DNA of 64,000 nt from Schizochytrium sp. TIO01 (taxonomy: Eukaryota; Protista; Bigyra: Labyrinthulomycetes). The notes below the pieces were generated by a model. That model saw only the letters and a list, made by a program, of their open reading frames with translations. It searched no databases and was not told the origin of the DNA. The position numbers and the translations under genes were made by a program. This document shows positions 1 to 13,419 of the stretch, one piece after another (within the stretch, counting starts at the first letter, position 1; every line of letters begins with the position of its first letter). The stretch lies in assembly GCA_004764695.1 (NCBI GenBank), contig SMSO01000005.1:682001-746000 (forward strand), given 5' to 3'.

Positions 1-425
1 AAAGTGCAGTCTACCTACTGGCGCCTAATGCCTACGCTAGTCAACATGGCTACATAAACCAGCACACTTGGCTTATGTAACGTGATACGAATCACCTCGG
101 CACTTTACCTAGTAGGTACATAGGAGGCCTACTACATACGTCTGAAAAGGACAAGAGAAGAGGAGTACTAGGCCTACTACTATATAGATTAAAGCCCTTC
201 CTTTTCTCTGTCTCTTATCTCTTCATTCCCTCTCTTTATTATCATGCCTTTACTTTACTACCATGATAGTAGGATATGATAGTGCATAACAATGCTAGGT
301 AAATCAAATGATTCTGTTCTTAAAAAGAATTAGTACCCTAGCCTAGCAAAACCATGGTAGGGTAGGGACCTAAATATCAAACAAGGTTTGCAAGCGACCG
401 TCCCTCCGATAAAGATCATCGATAC

Positions 426-2075
426 ATGGCCAGCAACCAGGCCTTCTCATGCCTCGACGGCGTACGCGCTGTTGTGCGTGATGGCTGGGCTGGCTGGAAA
501 CTAGCAAAAATTCCAACCCCTCATGTCTCTTCACCTTCACCACAAGATCAGGACTGGGTGGTTTTAGACTGGCATGGTGAAGAGGGGCCAGCTACTTGCT
601 GGTTGGTGGTCTGGCGCGATGGTACTTGTCAGCTTCGGCTCGATCGTGGCCAAATGTTCCCATTACCCCGCGTCGATGATATATCCGAAGACTCAATTCC
701 AACTGCTTCTTCGTCTTCATCTTCTGAAAAAGTAATATCACCAGTTATCGATACGCCTAGTATTACTCATCTTGATACGAGTTCTCATGTCCCTCACAAG
801 CGTGAACATGACTCTCTGTCTCCATCTGATAATCCATCAAACGACGTGACCTCTAGCTTCACCCCGACTAGAAGCAGTACGCCTCAAAATAACCTGATTA
901 GCCTCGTGCAGTCCCTGCTGGAATGTGCTGCAGAGCAAGTGAAGCAGCTTCCCCTTGAATTCAAGGATGTCCCTGGCCGTGATGATCTTGTCATTCGTGG
1001 CGATGCTGCTTTTCGTCGACTTGGTGAAGAAAAGACTCTCATTGGACCAGTTGTGGGTGCTATCCGTTCCAGAACTGAAGCTGATCTAAAGATTATTGAA
1101 GACCCAGTCGCCTTTGGTGGTCATTGGATTGCCGAACTTTTGGAAGCACAACCTGTCAAACGCCGGCATACAGACGTTGAAAAGTGTATTACTATCAGTG
1201 ACGAACAATTGGATATGTTGCGGACTACTGGTCTCCTCGTTATGCCGAATGCTCTTGATGCAGCTCTGGTAGCTACCCTTCGAGATGAGGCTCGCGAAAT
1301 GAGCTTGGCAAGAAGTGCGCATGGCCAACATCCCTCCGTTCGCTCAGACAAAGTGGCTTTTGTTGAATTCGGAGAAAGTGACGACCTGGAGCATGCTTTC
1401 GCAATTCTCGAAGATGCTGGAGCTCAGGTTGGATCGTGGCGCGGCGCACCGCTTATGCGGCCTACGCAAGGCATGGTGTCGCTCTATGGGGATTCAGGTG
1501 CGCACTATGCCAAGCACTTCGATAACGAACGTGACCGCCAAGGATTTTGGCGAAACCATAGAGTTCTAACTGCGCTTTTGTATTTGAGTGATGAGGGATA
1601 CTCCTGTGCTTTGCACGGAGGTGAACTTGTAGCAGAAGACACCAACGCCACAACTCACTCGATCGACCCGACACCTGGGACACTTGTTCTTTTTGATAGT
1701 CGGGCGATAGAGCACACGGTTATGCCCATTAAACACCACAGCCAACAACATGATGAAAAAAACACAGACACTGAGCCTGACTCGGCTCCAGCCATACCCA
1801 TCATACCTCACGCACAACGATATGCAGTTTCGCTTTGGTTTGTTGCCACTACGATGCTTGAGTCAGACCCCTTACCCCCCTCCGGTATAAAATCACGTCC
1901 TCCGCCTATCATCCGGGAACCTACACGGATACTAAAAAGCTCAGAATCTGATGACGGGGAACGGCCTGCCAAAATACCAAGGGTGGTTGTCTCAAATTGC
2001 TTAACACAAGATGACGACCAAACCGAAACGCAGGAATCTACTGCATCAGGATTTTCTTTCAATTTTCTTGATTAA
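426..2075 (+). CDS. 2-oxoglutarate/Fe(II)-dependent oxygenase (EGLN/prolyl-hydroxylase-like domain) with long N-terminal extension
   Basis: 549-aa ORF with HxD...H...R motifs: YAKHFDN, LTALLYLS, HGGEL, PTPGTLVLFDSRAIEHTVMP, RYAVSLWF. Confidence 0.85.
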   Translation: MASNQAFSCLDGVRAVVRDGWAGWKLAKIPTPHVSSPSPQDQDWVVLDWHGEEGPATCWLVVWRDGTCQLRLDRGQMFPLPRVDDISEDSIPTASSSSSSEKVISPVIDTPSITHLDTSSHVPHKREHDSLSPSDNPSNDVTSSFTPTRSSTPQNNLISLVQSLLECAAEQVKQLPLEFKDVPGRDDLVIRGDAAFRRLGEEKTLIGPVVGAIRSRTEADLKIIEDPVAFGGHWIAELLEAQPVKRRHTDVEKCITISDEQLDMLRTTGLLVMPNALDAALVATLRDEAREMSLARSAHGQHPSVRSDKVAFVEFGESDDLEHAFAILEDAGAQVGSWRGAPLMRPTQGMVSLYGDSGAHYAKHFDNERDRQGFWRNHRVLTALLYLSDEGYSCALHGGELVAEDTNATTHSIDPTPGTLVLFDSRAIEHTVMPIKHHSQQHDEKNTDTEPDSAPAIPIIPHAQRYAVSLWFVATTMLESDPLPPSGIKSRPPPIIREPTRILKSSESDDGERPAKIPRVVVSNCLTQDDDQTETQESTASGFSFNFLD

Positions 2076-2839
2076 ACCTGGATCACGCTTTGATCTTTAG
2101 TATGTACTCGCTGTTGAAATAAATTTGCTTTCGTTCAATCCTAATATATTGATTCGAGATGCTATCTAAATTTCTCAATCTGAATACAAGGTAAACCAAC
2201 AGATGTACGTGCTTTTCTGTCTTTTCATTCTCATTTCTCCTAATGTCAAATTCTTCTTTTCCTCCCCTTCCTTCCACCTCCCATTACTCTAGAGAAGCTG
2301 AACCTCCATCCTTGTTGAATGCTAACAATTACCGTCGCGCCTTTCTGTCATATTTGTTGTTCTATTTAGTCTGGTTTCGGTATTAGATCTTAACCTCTGG
2401 TCTGGACATCCTAAAATTTGCAGTTTTTTGTTTTGGGTTTATAATTAATTTACTGCGCCGTATCTAACTACGAAACCATCAAAGGTAGTTAAGTCTTACC
2501 ATGTTTTGTCAACCCTAAGTGCATGCAGGAATTATGTAACGTAGTTTTATTTTTTAATGAATAAGAAAGAGCAATGAAATAGAAAGAAAGAAAATCCTAG
2601 TACATACCTCCAATTTAATATGGTTCAATCAAGAAATTAGCTCAAGCAATCAACTCGAGCAAAGACTAGATTGGAATCAATACAGGAAACTAGGAGCAAA
2701 AGCATGAATGGAGCTATCTTGTCAACTATCTACCCCGACTGACTCTGGATCTTGGATATAGGATTTAAGCTCTTTGAATAAGCTCTCTTCTACAAGAGAA
2801 CCAAAACATTGTCGAAGAGTTTGGACAGTCATATAGATA

Positions 2840-5800
2840 TTATGCCGCAACAATGCCGAATCGTTTTCCAGCTCGTGATTCTGGATCTGGATGAAGCTTC
2901 TGAGCCTCGTGTTTCGCAGAAGCTTCTGTACATAGACCGAGTGCAGTACACTCAGCGATTGCCACAAGGAGAAGATTTTTGCGTCTCAACGCATCAGAGC
3001 TTTGCTTCTTACTTGCGACATCGATGGCAGACTTGCGCTTTTTCTTCGGTTCAGTCTTCTTTCTTTCGCTTGAAACAGAGTCATTATCATCATTGTGAGC
3101 AAAATCCCCCGTATTTGAAGCATCACTAGTGGACACATTTTCGTTTTCGAGCTTGATGTCCTGAAGCGCGTCTGAGAGCTGTTGTTGCAAAATGCGAGGC
3201 AGACGTGACGACAAGCCTGTGGTTCTACCATTCGCACTTAGAACTCCACGAGGCTCATCTTCTTCATCTTCTTCTACTAAACCAGACATTTCAACCTCCT
3301 CTGCAACGTTATGTTGAGAAGCAGAACGATGCAAAGTCAATTTCAGAAGAGTTTCAAGAACAAAAGGCTCGTCCCGCATCTTGGTGAGTGCGTTTGTCAA
3401 ACGCACCAGCTGAGGCTCGAAAGTGCCTCCAAAAAGCTCACTTCGAAACCCATGAGGATTGTTAGCAAGAAGATGCTGTAGACAACTCAATGCAACTAAA
3501 AGGTCCATTGTCCGATTACCCTCTGCGTCCGAAACAGCAGAAGACCCAGGTTTAGTTTTGCTTCCACGCTTCTGTGCCTTGCTAGGACGGCCCTTGCCTT
3601 GACTCGCCAGTTTTGTTACAGCCTCTAAAGACACGATAATGCTGTTTACAATTGTATCAACTCGCCCCCATGTGCATAGACATTCCAAAACAGGACCGAG
3701 GTCTCTAACAACATGTGTGAGGAACTGGGAAGGCAGACCACTTCCGCGGCTTGTGTTTGCAGATTTGTATTCACCATATGTAATTTCAGGCTCATAAAGA
3801 TACAAATCTGCTGCTACCTCTGCTGCGAAGTCACTTTCACATGGAAGTTGCCCAGCTACCTCGAGGAGTGCAGGCATGTCACGCTTAGAATCAAGTCGAC
3901 TAGAATTCGCTACAGGGCGAATGAAAGAGTCATATCCAAAAGCTTCCTCCATCTGGCCACGCGCTGTTTTATAGCGAGGCGAAGCAAGTTGAGTGGCAAT
4001 ACTTCGCCAAATTGCCGCAACACCTCGTAATGCGCTAGTCAAAATAGGAGATCCATCAACGCCCAGTGTAAGAGCTTTAGACTTGGAGCGCGACTGCTTT
4101 GACGAGCTTGTAATTCCAACTTCGTTTTCAATCCACTTGCCTAAAAGCAAAGCCAATTTACATGCAGAACCAATAGAAACATGTTTGTGCACATTGGTGA
4201 AAAATGCAGTTGCTGCTGCAGCATGGCTTTTTAGCAGGGAAAGTGCACGGGAAAGTTGTTCACTTCCCTTCGCACCTTGCGGGTAAAAAGAGTCTAACAG
4301 CAGCTTTGACAGCTTGCTCCCAAGCGAAACGTCCATGGCAAGCCGTTCTAAAAGATGATCCACTTGCACAACTTCGTAGAATTTAATCGAGCGCATACTT
4401 TTAACACGAATAAGCAAACTAAGCAACGCATTTCGGACCTGCCGCGATTGATCGTGGATCAGCGGACTTGTGTGCGGCAAGATGTCATGCAGTGCACCAT
4501 GGGTAAGTGGGTTCTCGCTGATGAATTCTAATCCACGCAAAACTGCAACGCGTACTTCTGAGCTGTTTGCGTCCCGAAGAAGATCTCCAACAAGAGTTGA
4601 AAGCAATGAAATCGTTGCCTTTTTGGGAATAAGCTCCCAGTAAACAGAGAGCATTCGACATGCACCTTGCACTGCTGCCACACGAACTTGCGGGCTTTTG
4701 TCCCGAAGCAAAGTTTCAATTGCTGAAAATTGCTTTTGTAAAACTTGATCTGTCTCGGCTACGCTAGCGTCTGTGTCTTGGAGAGGAAATGCTCGCGCAA
4801 GAAGACGTGTAGCATTGAATCGTACTGTAGGGTTAGCAACGTTGAGCGCACGCCAGAGAATAGGATTGTAAAGGCGCAGAAGCATCGTATCGACCCCACG
4901 GATGTGTTTGTTGTCATGAAAACCAGCAGTAAGAATGGTGAATACGGTGCGTGCAAGATCTGGGTCTGCAACATGTACACCAGCATCCATAAGATCCTGA
5001 ATCATTTCAGTTTCAATCACAGATACCATTCCATTTTCACCCATCACAAAAGCTGACTGCCAGGCGCGAAAATATACATCTGCATAGCTCTCAGCAAGCA
5101 TACTGGATTCTTTGGGGGACGCATACGGTAGTTGAGTTTTAATTGTGAGATGAATATCTGCAACGAATTCCTCGTTAAGGCAGCATATCTCGCTCAAAAA
5201 CTTTCTGCCATCCTCGTTGAAAAGGTATAACGGACTTAAAAAGCATCGCAGAAGCAATTGTTTCAGCGTGAGACTGCTGTCGTCATCCAAATCCAGTAAT
5301 GAAAGCATCTTCCGAATATTGAATACACGCTTAACATCCGCACGTTTGGCATCATCCTCCAGACTAAATATAAGCAAAACTGGCAGAGCATGGGTGACGA
5401 GTTGGCCCTTTTCGGGAAGGTCAAGGGTCCACCACAACTCGCAAATGCGACAAACCTTCCACTGAAGATCTCGTGCACTCTTCACGATAAAAAGAGCATC
5501 ATGAAGGAGACGCGTGCAACGCTTGAGCCCAAGCGATACGCCTTGTAATGCGTTCGCCATCCCGACACCCTTTGTCAAAGCACCTCTACTAGACTCTTGC
5601 AAACCAGTAAGCCAAGCAAGGATAATTGTCGCAATTGCTTCCAAACTGTCTGTTGCAAGGCGGCTTTGGTCCTCAAGCATGGTCAGTACATCTCGGGTTG
5701 TATCCGCCAAGCTTTCAAAAAGTCGGGAAACTACGGGTGATGTCTTACTCTCAAGCTCTTGCCTGAGAAGGATTCCTTTGCCTTTGGCAAGATACTGCCG

Positions 5801-6022
5801 GGAGAACCCAGTCAGCAAAGTTCTGCATCGGTTCACAGCATTCGTAGCATCAGAAGTATCGCTATCCTTTATCTCAGCAATGTTTTTGCTCATCAAAGAA
5901 GCCCATGCAACAACGTCTCTGGCTTCCTCCTCTTCCTCCTCCTCCTCCTCCTCGTGGTCTGACATCTTGACTTCTGCAGAACTAGACTCGTTTTCCTCTT
6001 TGTTCCTTGTGCGCCGGCCCAT
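2840..6022 (-). CDS. NCAPG2: Condensin II non-SMC subunit CAP-G2 (HEAT-repeat); likely start MGRRTRNK at 6022; C-terminus may continue in another frame to 2722
   Basis: Motifs typical of CAP-G2: GVDTMLLRLYNPILWRALNVANPTVRFNATRLLARAFP, QKQFSAIETLLRD, VRVAAVQGACRMLSVYWELIP, IKFYEVVQVDHLLERL. The ORF track starts further upstream at 6163. Confidence 0.85.
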   Translation of the reverse strand: MGRRTRNKEENESSSAEVKMSDHEEEEEEEEEEARDVVAWASLMSKNIAEIKDSDTSDATNAVNRCRTLLTGFSRQYLAKGKGILLRQELESKTSPVVSRLFESLADTTRDVLTMLEDQSRLATDSLEAIATIILAWLTGLQESSRGALTKGVGMANALQGVSLGLKRCTRLLHDALFIVKSARDLQWKVCRICELWWTLDLPEKGQLVTHALPVLLIFSLEDDAKRADVKRVFNIRKMLSLLDLDDDSSLTLKQLLLRCFLSPLYLFNEDGRKFLSEICCLNEEFVADIHLTIKTQLPYASPKESSMLAESYADVYFRAWQSAFVMGENGMVSVIETEMIQDLMDAGVHVADPDLARTVFTILTAGFHDNKHIRGVDTMLLRLYNPILWRALNVANPTVRFNATRLLARAFPLQDTDASVAETDQVLQKQFSAIETLLRDKSPQVRVAAVQGACRMLSVYWELIPKKATISLLSTLVGDLLRDANSSEVRVAVLRGLEFISENPLTHGALHDILPHTSPLIHDQSRQVRNALLSLLIRVKSMRSIKFYEVVQVDHLLERLAMDVSLGSKLSKLLLDSFYPQGAKGSEQLSRALSLLKSHAAAATAFFTNVHKHVSIGSACKLALLLGKWIENEVGITSSSKQSRSKSKALTLGVDGSPILTSALRGVAAIWRSIATQLASPRYKTARGQMEEAFGYDSFIRPVANSSRLDSKRDMPALLEVAGQLPCESDFAAEVAADLYLYEPEITYGEYKSANTSRGSGLPSQFLTHVVRDLGPVLECLCTWGRVDTIVNSIIVSLEAVTKLASQGKGRPSKAQKRGSKTKPGSSAVSDAEGNRTMDLLVALSCLQHLLANNPHGFRSELFGGTFEPQLVRLTNALTKMRDEPFVLETLLKLTLHRSASQHNVAEEVEMSGLVEEDEEDEPRGVLSANGRTTGLSSRLPRILQQQLSDALQDIKLENENVSTSDASNTGDFAHNDDNDSVSSERKKTEPKKKRKSAIDVASKKQSSDALRRKNLLLVAIAECTALGLCTEASAKHEAQKLHPDPESRAGKRFGIVAA

Positions 6023-6253
6023 GATGAATGAGTATGGTAAGCGCACTACGAGATAATTGATAAAGGCGTAATTGCAAACCTCACCTCTTGCGTGCCCAGT
6101 CTTGGCCTCCAAAACTTTCTTGGCGCGCGGTCGAGGTCGTGTGCGAGTTGTCACAGTTTTCAATATGATAGATTGGTTGTTGATATCTGCTTCAATTTCG
6201 AGTTTTCCATTGACGGTTGCACACGATGATGCGGACTACTATGTAACCCAATA

Positions 6254-6291
6254 ACTACTACTATTACTACTACTACTACTACTACTACTAC
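6254..6291. repeat. (TAC)n microsatellite
   Basis: actactactattactactactactactactactactac, directly visible. Confidence 0.9.
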
Positions 6292-6320
6292 ATAAATATG
6301 TAGCTACCTACATACTTTCC

Positions 6321-6828
6321 TGCCTACTCCTCTGGTTAGCATGTCAAAGAACGAATAACATCACTCTTCTCTAGGTAGTAGGCATAGGCCACTCTTGTCA
6401 ATCCATTGATTTAGGTGCAAAGTCAAGTTTAGGACAAAGTCAAGTCAAACAATCACTCATACCGGAACTACATTACAGACATGGGTCTTCTTCTAGCTTT
6501 CTTAATTTTTTTAAAGGTAATAAATATCTCAGCGTAGATCATTTTTTCCTCTTTTTTTTTTAAATCTGTATTTTGCCTACTCCTCTGGTTAGCATGTCAA
6601 AGAACGAATAACATCACTCTTCTCTAGGTAGTAGGCATAGGCCACTCTTGTCAATCCATTGATTTAGGTGCAAAGTCAAGTTTAGGACAAAGTCAAGTCA
6701 AACAATCACTCATACCGGAACTACATTACAGACATGGGTCTTCTTCTAGCTTTCTTAATTTTTTTAAAGGTAATAAATATCTCAGCGTAGATCATTTTTT
6801 CCTCTTTTTTTTTTAAATCTGTATTTTG
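6321..6828. repeat. Perfect 253-bp tandem duplication (6321-6573 and 6574-6826, plus 2 nt)
   Basis: tgcctactcctctggttagcatgtc...taaatctgtattt occurs twice head-to-tail; no differences seen, including the 10-nt T run. Confidence 0.95.
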
Positions 6829-9800
6829 AATTAACAATACTTACCAATCGAAACTCCCACCTAGAAGTGATAGCTAGCCCCAAATATCGTGCACGAAGTC
6901 AAACGGTGTTGGTATTCTCCAGGCAAGCCCTTAATAAGGGGATAGCAAGATAAGATAGACTTTCGCTTTCACTTTCGCTTTCACTTTCGCTCAGCTTTCA
7001 CTCACTTAAATTTCACAAAAGATAAGTTTGGCCGTTCCAGAGTCTGGAAACCTGCTTCCTCATGCTACTCCATAAAATAGAGGAAAATTATCTCTTACAG
7101 TTGTCCATGGCATTGTGTTTTGGGGGGGGGTCTAAAGCAAGGATCCAAAGACCTAATTTTGCGCAGATATAGATGGTTTTCATGACCACTTTACAATTCA
7201 TGAGCAATAGTTCAATGTTTTTTTTCTTTTAATACTTATATAATTGCAAGCCTCAGAAAACATCAGATGAAGCATGGTAACATCATTGATAAGCATATCT
7301 TGCCTAGCTTCCTAGGTTATCTTTTGGGAGGTTGTCGAGGGCTTTTATATACTTGTGTTGATTCTTTCAATTAAAAACATTGTTCATAGCTGTCGTTTCA
7401 GGAATGAAAGTGCATTTAAACGTGTAGGAACAACATTCTTCTTTGGGAAGGAGACAGCTCATTCCTTTTCTATTTGTTTCATTTCCTCTGCAATTCACCA
7501 CAAGTGATTCTCATGAGATGGAATAGAAAAGGGTTGAACTTGAATTCATAACCTTCTTTGTATTATGGTGACTTGCGGTACTGAAAAACCATGGAAAATT
7601 GTAGGACTAAGCTTTGCGAGGATTGAAAAAAGGAACGCGTTGTTACATATGTGATGGAACAAAGCAGGAGCTCACATGATAAGAATGTGACAGTGTGAAG
7701 CAATTCACATGATAAGTACTGACTAGTATTCTTAGATGGATGGACTGAAGCTGCACAATAAGTTTTGTTGTAAGATGATTCTGGTCAGCTTGAGGTTGAC
7801 TGTGAAGATGGAGACAAGGGACTTGATGAAGATTTCACGAAGGTTGATTTAAGAGTTAGCAGACTGCTGTCCTGAATAATGAATTCCAGGACAGATGGAT
7901 TCATGTAGTAATTAAGGAGAAAAAGACATTCTTGAAAGGTGTTAGAGATAATTGATGGGGTTAGGTTAATTCAACCTCTTCAGCCATCGGTTCAAGCTAC
8001 ACCATACTTGGATGCAGGTATTGTGTAGTCACACCTTTGATTCTTGACTCTGGCAGCCAGATTCATACTCTTGCTCTATTGTAAGCCATATATCTACGAG
8101 GGTTTCACAAAGGGACGTCAAGAAATCTAGCAATTTTTTGTCCACTAGTTCCTTTGATTGGAGATCTCAGCAAGTTTCCAGTCAAAAAGGAATTGTGACA
8201 GCAAAACTAAGTAAAACACCAAATACACCAATCTCAAACAAAGATAAGTCAAACGTTAACCCTGACACCTGGATCATTTCAGCACAGAAACATAAGACCT
8301 GTCTTTAAATTGTGGGCCCAAGGTAACTCGATTCAAATATAGATACCCCAATGCAAATACGCCAAGATAGTGAGAAGGAAGCTTCCAGTCTGAGAGTATG
8401 GAGAAAAGCCTATAGTGGCATTTAAAGCCATGAATCACGATGTGAATAATTTAAAAAATACTGTGGAAACGATATGTTGCTACAGAGCCACTCAAAAGAT
8501 TTAAAGGAATCAAGCTAGTTAAATTCATAGATAGATACATGAGTCAATTATTCACAATCATCACTCAGAGACCTAGCTTATAGCATAACCAAAAGTTTCA
8601 GTAGTTCTTCATCCGAAAACACATGTAATATGGTACCATTATACGCAAAAGATGCGGGGGAAAGGATACTACGCTCAGTCCTGATTCCACAATTTCAACA
8701 GAACAATTTCATTCCTCGAGTCGATTAAAACCAATTCCACCATACTGGCAATGCTCGATGACACAATACTATAATTATCGATAGGGATGAAAGCCCAACT
8801 GTAGCAATACAAACAACTTTAAGCCTGAAGTTCTAACATGAGTAATTTAGATGCACTTATTAACGGCTATGATATCCACCTTCACGTGGGCATGCTCTTC
8901 CATAGATGCTATCTTGGTATCAAAACAATCACGACAGACTGAGTAGATTTTCTTGCTTTCCTCCTTCCAGTTTTACTGTTACCGGAGGTCCGTGCACGAG
9001 GTTCTTGAAGTTTTTGGGCTAGCTCCATGCTTATAGAAGGAGGATTTTCGGACTTTGGCTCAAACATCCCAGAGGTATGACGAGTTGATGTGGCAAGATG
9101 TATGCATCTCAAATCACAAAGTATGACATAACTCTCTTCGAAGTACAAACCGCTCAAGGACCAAGAACGGCATTTTGCACTGTTGTATATTAGTAACCGA
9201 ATGTAAAATATACTCATATCTCATCTGGAGATCCTTTGCATAAGAGTATAGCACTGAACTACAAAAGTTCTCACTGGACATACCTGACACAAACGCAATC
9301 CAATTAATTTTGTTTCATGGATCACCAATACTCACTTAAACTACCATATAGCATATCCTTTGGTAACAACAGTACAAAGTAACAAACATAGTAGGTGTCG
9401 CGCTTTGAATATTTTCTCTGAAAATATGCTGTGAGTTTATCTTTTGAGCCCGTTGGCTTCATTCCTTTGTCTCCGAAATATTTGTTCTTCTATCCATCCT
9501 TAATACCTTAGAATTTCCACTAAATATTATCGTCTGCAATACCCCTTCGATTCATGGTCTCAGCACACCTTTGTTGTCCAATACAGAGAACAAACAACAA
9601 CCTTTGGAGTGTATCGATGGGTGTAGAAGAAGTGTCTCATTTTCCGATAAGTTAAATTTGAAATGTTGTATAGTGAGCATATGTAATTAATGAATTATTT
9701 ATAAATCATATTTCCTAGACTTAAGATACTGATTTCGATGCTGAAGATATTCGAGATGTTTCAATCTGAAAAGAAATCATATTTCCTTTAATTCTGTTTA

Positions 9801-12800
9801 GCTAATATCACTCCAACAACATACACATTAACGATCTTGCATCACTAAAAATGATATGGTTAGTGTATTTAAATAGTGCATTAATTTGATTGAATTATCT
9901 ATCTTCTTATATTGTATGGATGTAGTGAAGTCCAACTAATAGCCATGATATTGAAACGAAGAGCTAAGAATGTATAAATTTGGCATGAATGTACGTGTAG
10001 ATAGGATCATGATACTGTGCCGAAAGCCATGTGTAAACGAGCCGGAGTCCAAAGTTAATAAGTCTTGACAAGATTCTTTTATTTTAGGCCGCGCATGTGA
10101 CCTTGGAATGGATACTCTGGAGATCAAGACGAAGGCTTTTATTTAAACTGCTGACTTAAAAAGTAATATTTAGAATTAAACTACCAGGGATCATCCACAT
10201 AAATTCGTTTATCTTAGGACTGACTTTGTATCGTCGATTAGGTTGTTTGTTTGAAAGTGTAACCATATCATATCGATCAATACTTGAAGTTGGCGCAAAC
10301 CTACTCTGCAGATAGATGCATTTATTCTTTCTTGTTTTCTTGTTTTTTTTTTTTTTCTCGACGGCGAACCCAATAATTAATTTGCTGTACAGTGTTTTAT
10401 GTATATGCCATTTAAAACAAAATTATCTCGAATTTATTTCATAGCGTATCAAATAAACAAATTATATACAAAATATATTAAAAAGCTATTTTTATTTTAT
10501 TTTATAAAATATAACTTTAAAAATATATATTTATATATTTAATTTTGTATAATTTTTATTTTTTTAATAAAAATATCATAAATTGTAATTTGATTATGTC
10601 TGTGAAGGAAGCTTGTAGCTATGCATTAATATACTAGTAGCAAACAGTACTATATATATACATACATATTGATTGTATTGTATATATGTTAGATATATGT
10701 TATTAAAATACATTTTAATAATACTTGCTGTATCTCAAATAAATTGAATCGTTAGATATAATTTTTTCCACAAATTCTTCTTTCAAGATGATTACAACAA
10801 GTCACATAGTATATAAATATATTATATGATATATAATAGCTTCTTCCGAAAATAAAGAAAGATTTAGTTAGGAGATGGCTCCATATAGTTTTTTTAATAT
10901 TACACGCCACGACGTAATTTAGAGGGCTTCCTGAGACTGACCAATCTCAGTCAATATTATATTATATAATCAGGAACTTGTCTTTTGTTCACTGTTGTGT
11001 TTTTAAAATTCAACTTACTTTACATACAGGCAGGCTTCTTTGTTTTAAAAATTGATCGTCTTCCTGTACAAGTTTGATACAATGTATATAAATAATCAGA
11101 AAGGTTGAGCGAGAGAAAAAACACAACAAACAGTTATATATGTACAGACTTGTTCTGTAAGTTTTTTTATGGGCTCCTCTAGCAGCTCGCTTAACGTGAT
11201 CTTTCAATCATATTAAAGTGTCAGATCGGTGCCATCCATCATCCCCTCAGTGTATCTAATATTGTTTGCAACATCTATTTAGAATACTCATTTTACTTAC
11301 TTACCCACCCTGTATCATATATATTTATGAGGCTTGCTTATCACCTCTATAAGTAGTGCATTGCAAATTTATTGTGTGTTGGAAAATGGGTCAGTCAGTC
11401 CAAGCTCATACCACGTACATGAGAAGCTCGAAAATATTACCTTGCGTTGATCATTACATCGATCGACGTTGATACTTTTTTTTCACAACCTCTTTAGGTT
11501 TGCCTGAATCAAGATTCTTTTTAATTCTCTGTTCGATACTCAAAAATGCTTAACTTATTGTCTCTTTGTACATTGTCAATATTTAAATGTGCAGTCGTCC
11601 TTTAAGCATGTTGTTTAATACGTCAGCCATAATCACCGTCTGTCTATACAAAGCCCTGCCCAGTCTTGGCTGAGTTGAGTCTCTTTGTAATCTGCTGTTC
11701 TAAATTGAGAGGCTAGCAATACATGTTGATCTATCTATGCATATGCATCTGTCCTTTGTTATTACTACTTTCTACCTTTACACAGATTCCTATACTGAAA
11801 CCTCGTCTATTCGAGGGATAATATCTACAATCAGTTTTGCTAAAATGTATGACTACATGCAACTAATTTGTGTTGGCTTAGCAAAGCACAGATGCCGTTT
11901 GATCAATTGGTTGATGCCGTTGTAGCTACTACTATTTGCACTAGTTGTTTAAGATGTTGAAGTTGTCATTTTCACGAGTATTTGTGTTCTAATGTCTCTG
12001 GACTCTACATTGTGTTACTTGGATGAAGGTTCTCAACAATTCAAATTTCACGTATTGGATGCATTCCTGTATATAGTTAGTTTACTAATGCATTCGTCTA
12101 GGTTCTATCCCGTCGATGACTAGCATTATATCACTTTATGAATATTGCTCAATCCCTTATCCGGACACTTACTCAATGGCTGATACATGTTATAATTTTC
12201 AGAGTCTTCAATGATGAACTATATTCTCTGGGGATATTTTCTCTTTAAAATGCGTTGAATGGTTATTCTCATACGGTGATCGCAAATGGACCTGCAATAG
12301 GTTAGGTTAGTTTTAAGGAAGATCCTCAGCAATTAATCTTAGGTATCCCGCCCGTTTGAATAACACGTGACCCAGCTTTGATGAAGATATAGCTTAATAA
12401 GTCTAAACATGTAACAGTCAGCTATGTGGTTTTTCTTTAAGAGTCGGACGTTATATTGTTGCAAATATACTGTTAGGATCTTCTAAAGGTAAATCTGTCA
12501 GCTGAAGGTTGGCTAGCAGGGTAAGGAGAGAGTTCGAAAGACTTAAAGGAGGGTGTCCTTTTTAGGAAGGCTCAGTCAGTCTTTGTGTCTAGAAACTTAT
12601 TAATTTCATTATATTAAAACTAGAAAAAAAAGACATTATCTGTAATATACCAAGTTGAAGAAGTTTGAATAACGCATCATTGAAGTCCAAATTGTGACTG
12701 TTATCAGACCGATTTTATGCAGAATGTATGTACATTTTCGAGATAGGAAGTACTTGGCACATTTAATTGTCTATTTCTATTTCTACATGAACTTTAGTTC

Positions 12801-13419
12801 ACCAGGACATTGTAATGTCAACATGTCGCTGAGTAAATATTTCTACGAGTTTTGAATTTTTGGATTAAGAAGACAAACTCTCTTCAAGCTAAGGATCAAA
12901 TACAACAAAGGTTGGGAGTATGTTTGGCAAGTAATAAATTTGCATGACTCAAGAAGGTTGGAAGGATGATGATACGTGAATGACATTGCCAGACATTTGC
13001 TAACAATAGAGCAGTATTACAGACAAGAAAACAATGGTATTTGTTTAAACTCCTACTAATGCTTGTCAATCGCAAGATAGGTAAGGAGAGCAGATGATGT
13101 ACCATGAGTAACATATATATCATTATACTTAGGCAAGCTATCTGCATAAATAGTGTTAACAACTGACACAGAAGCAGAATCGTTTAATATGCTGATGATG
13201 GCATTTCATGAGTCCAGATCAATTTACTCAAATGCCGTATGCGGTAAAACGAATAATGCACGGACAATGATATTCCGCTTCAAATTTCGAAACCAAGGGT
13301 CAATTCTTTGATAAAGATCCTTCTAGAAAAAATAGCAAGGTATATATTGAATTAGCTTTTCACTCATAATTTTTTGAGAAACACAAGAGAGGTTTTGATA
13401 GGCTTAAACCAAGGGGGCA

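Noticed and set aside
7867-7894. Hairpin ctgtcctg...caggacag
   Set aside because: Isolated 8-bp stem with no context or second copy seen.
10440-10600. Very AT-rich imperfect palindrome (MITE-like)
   Set aside because: Low complexity explains the symmetry; no clear TIR or TSD.
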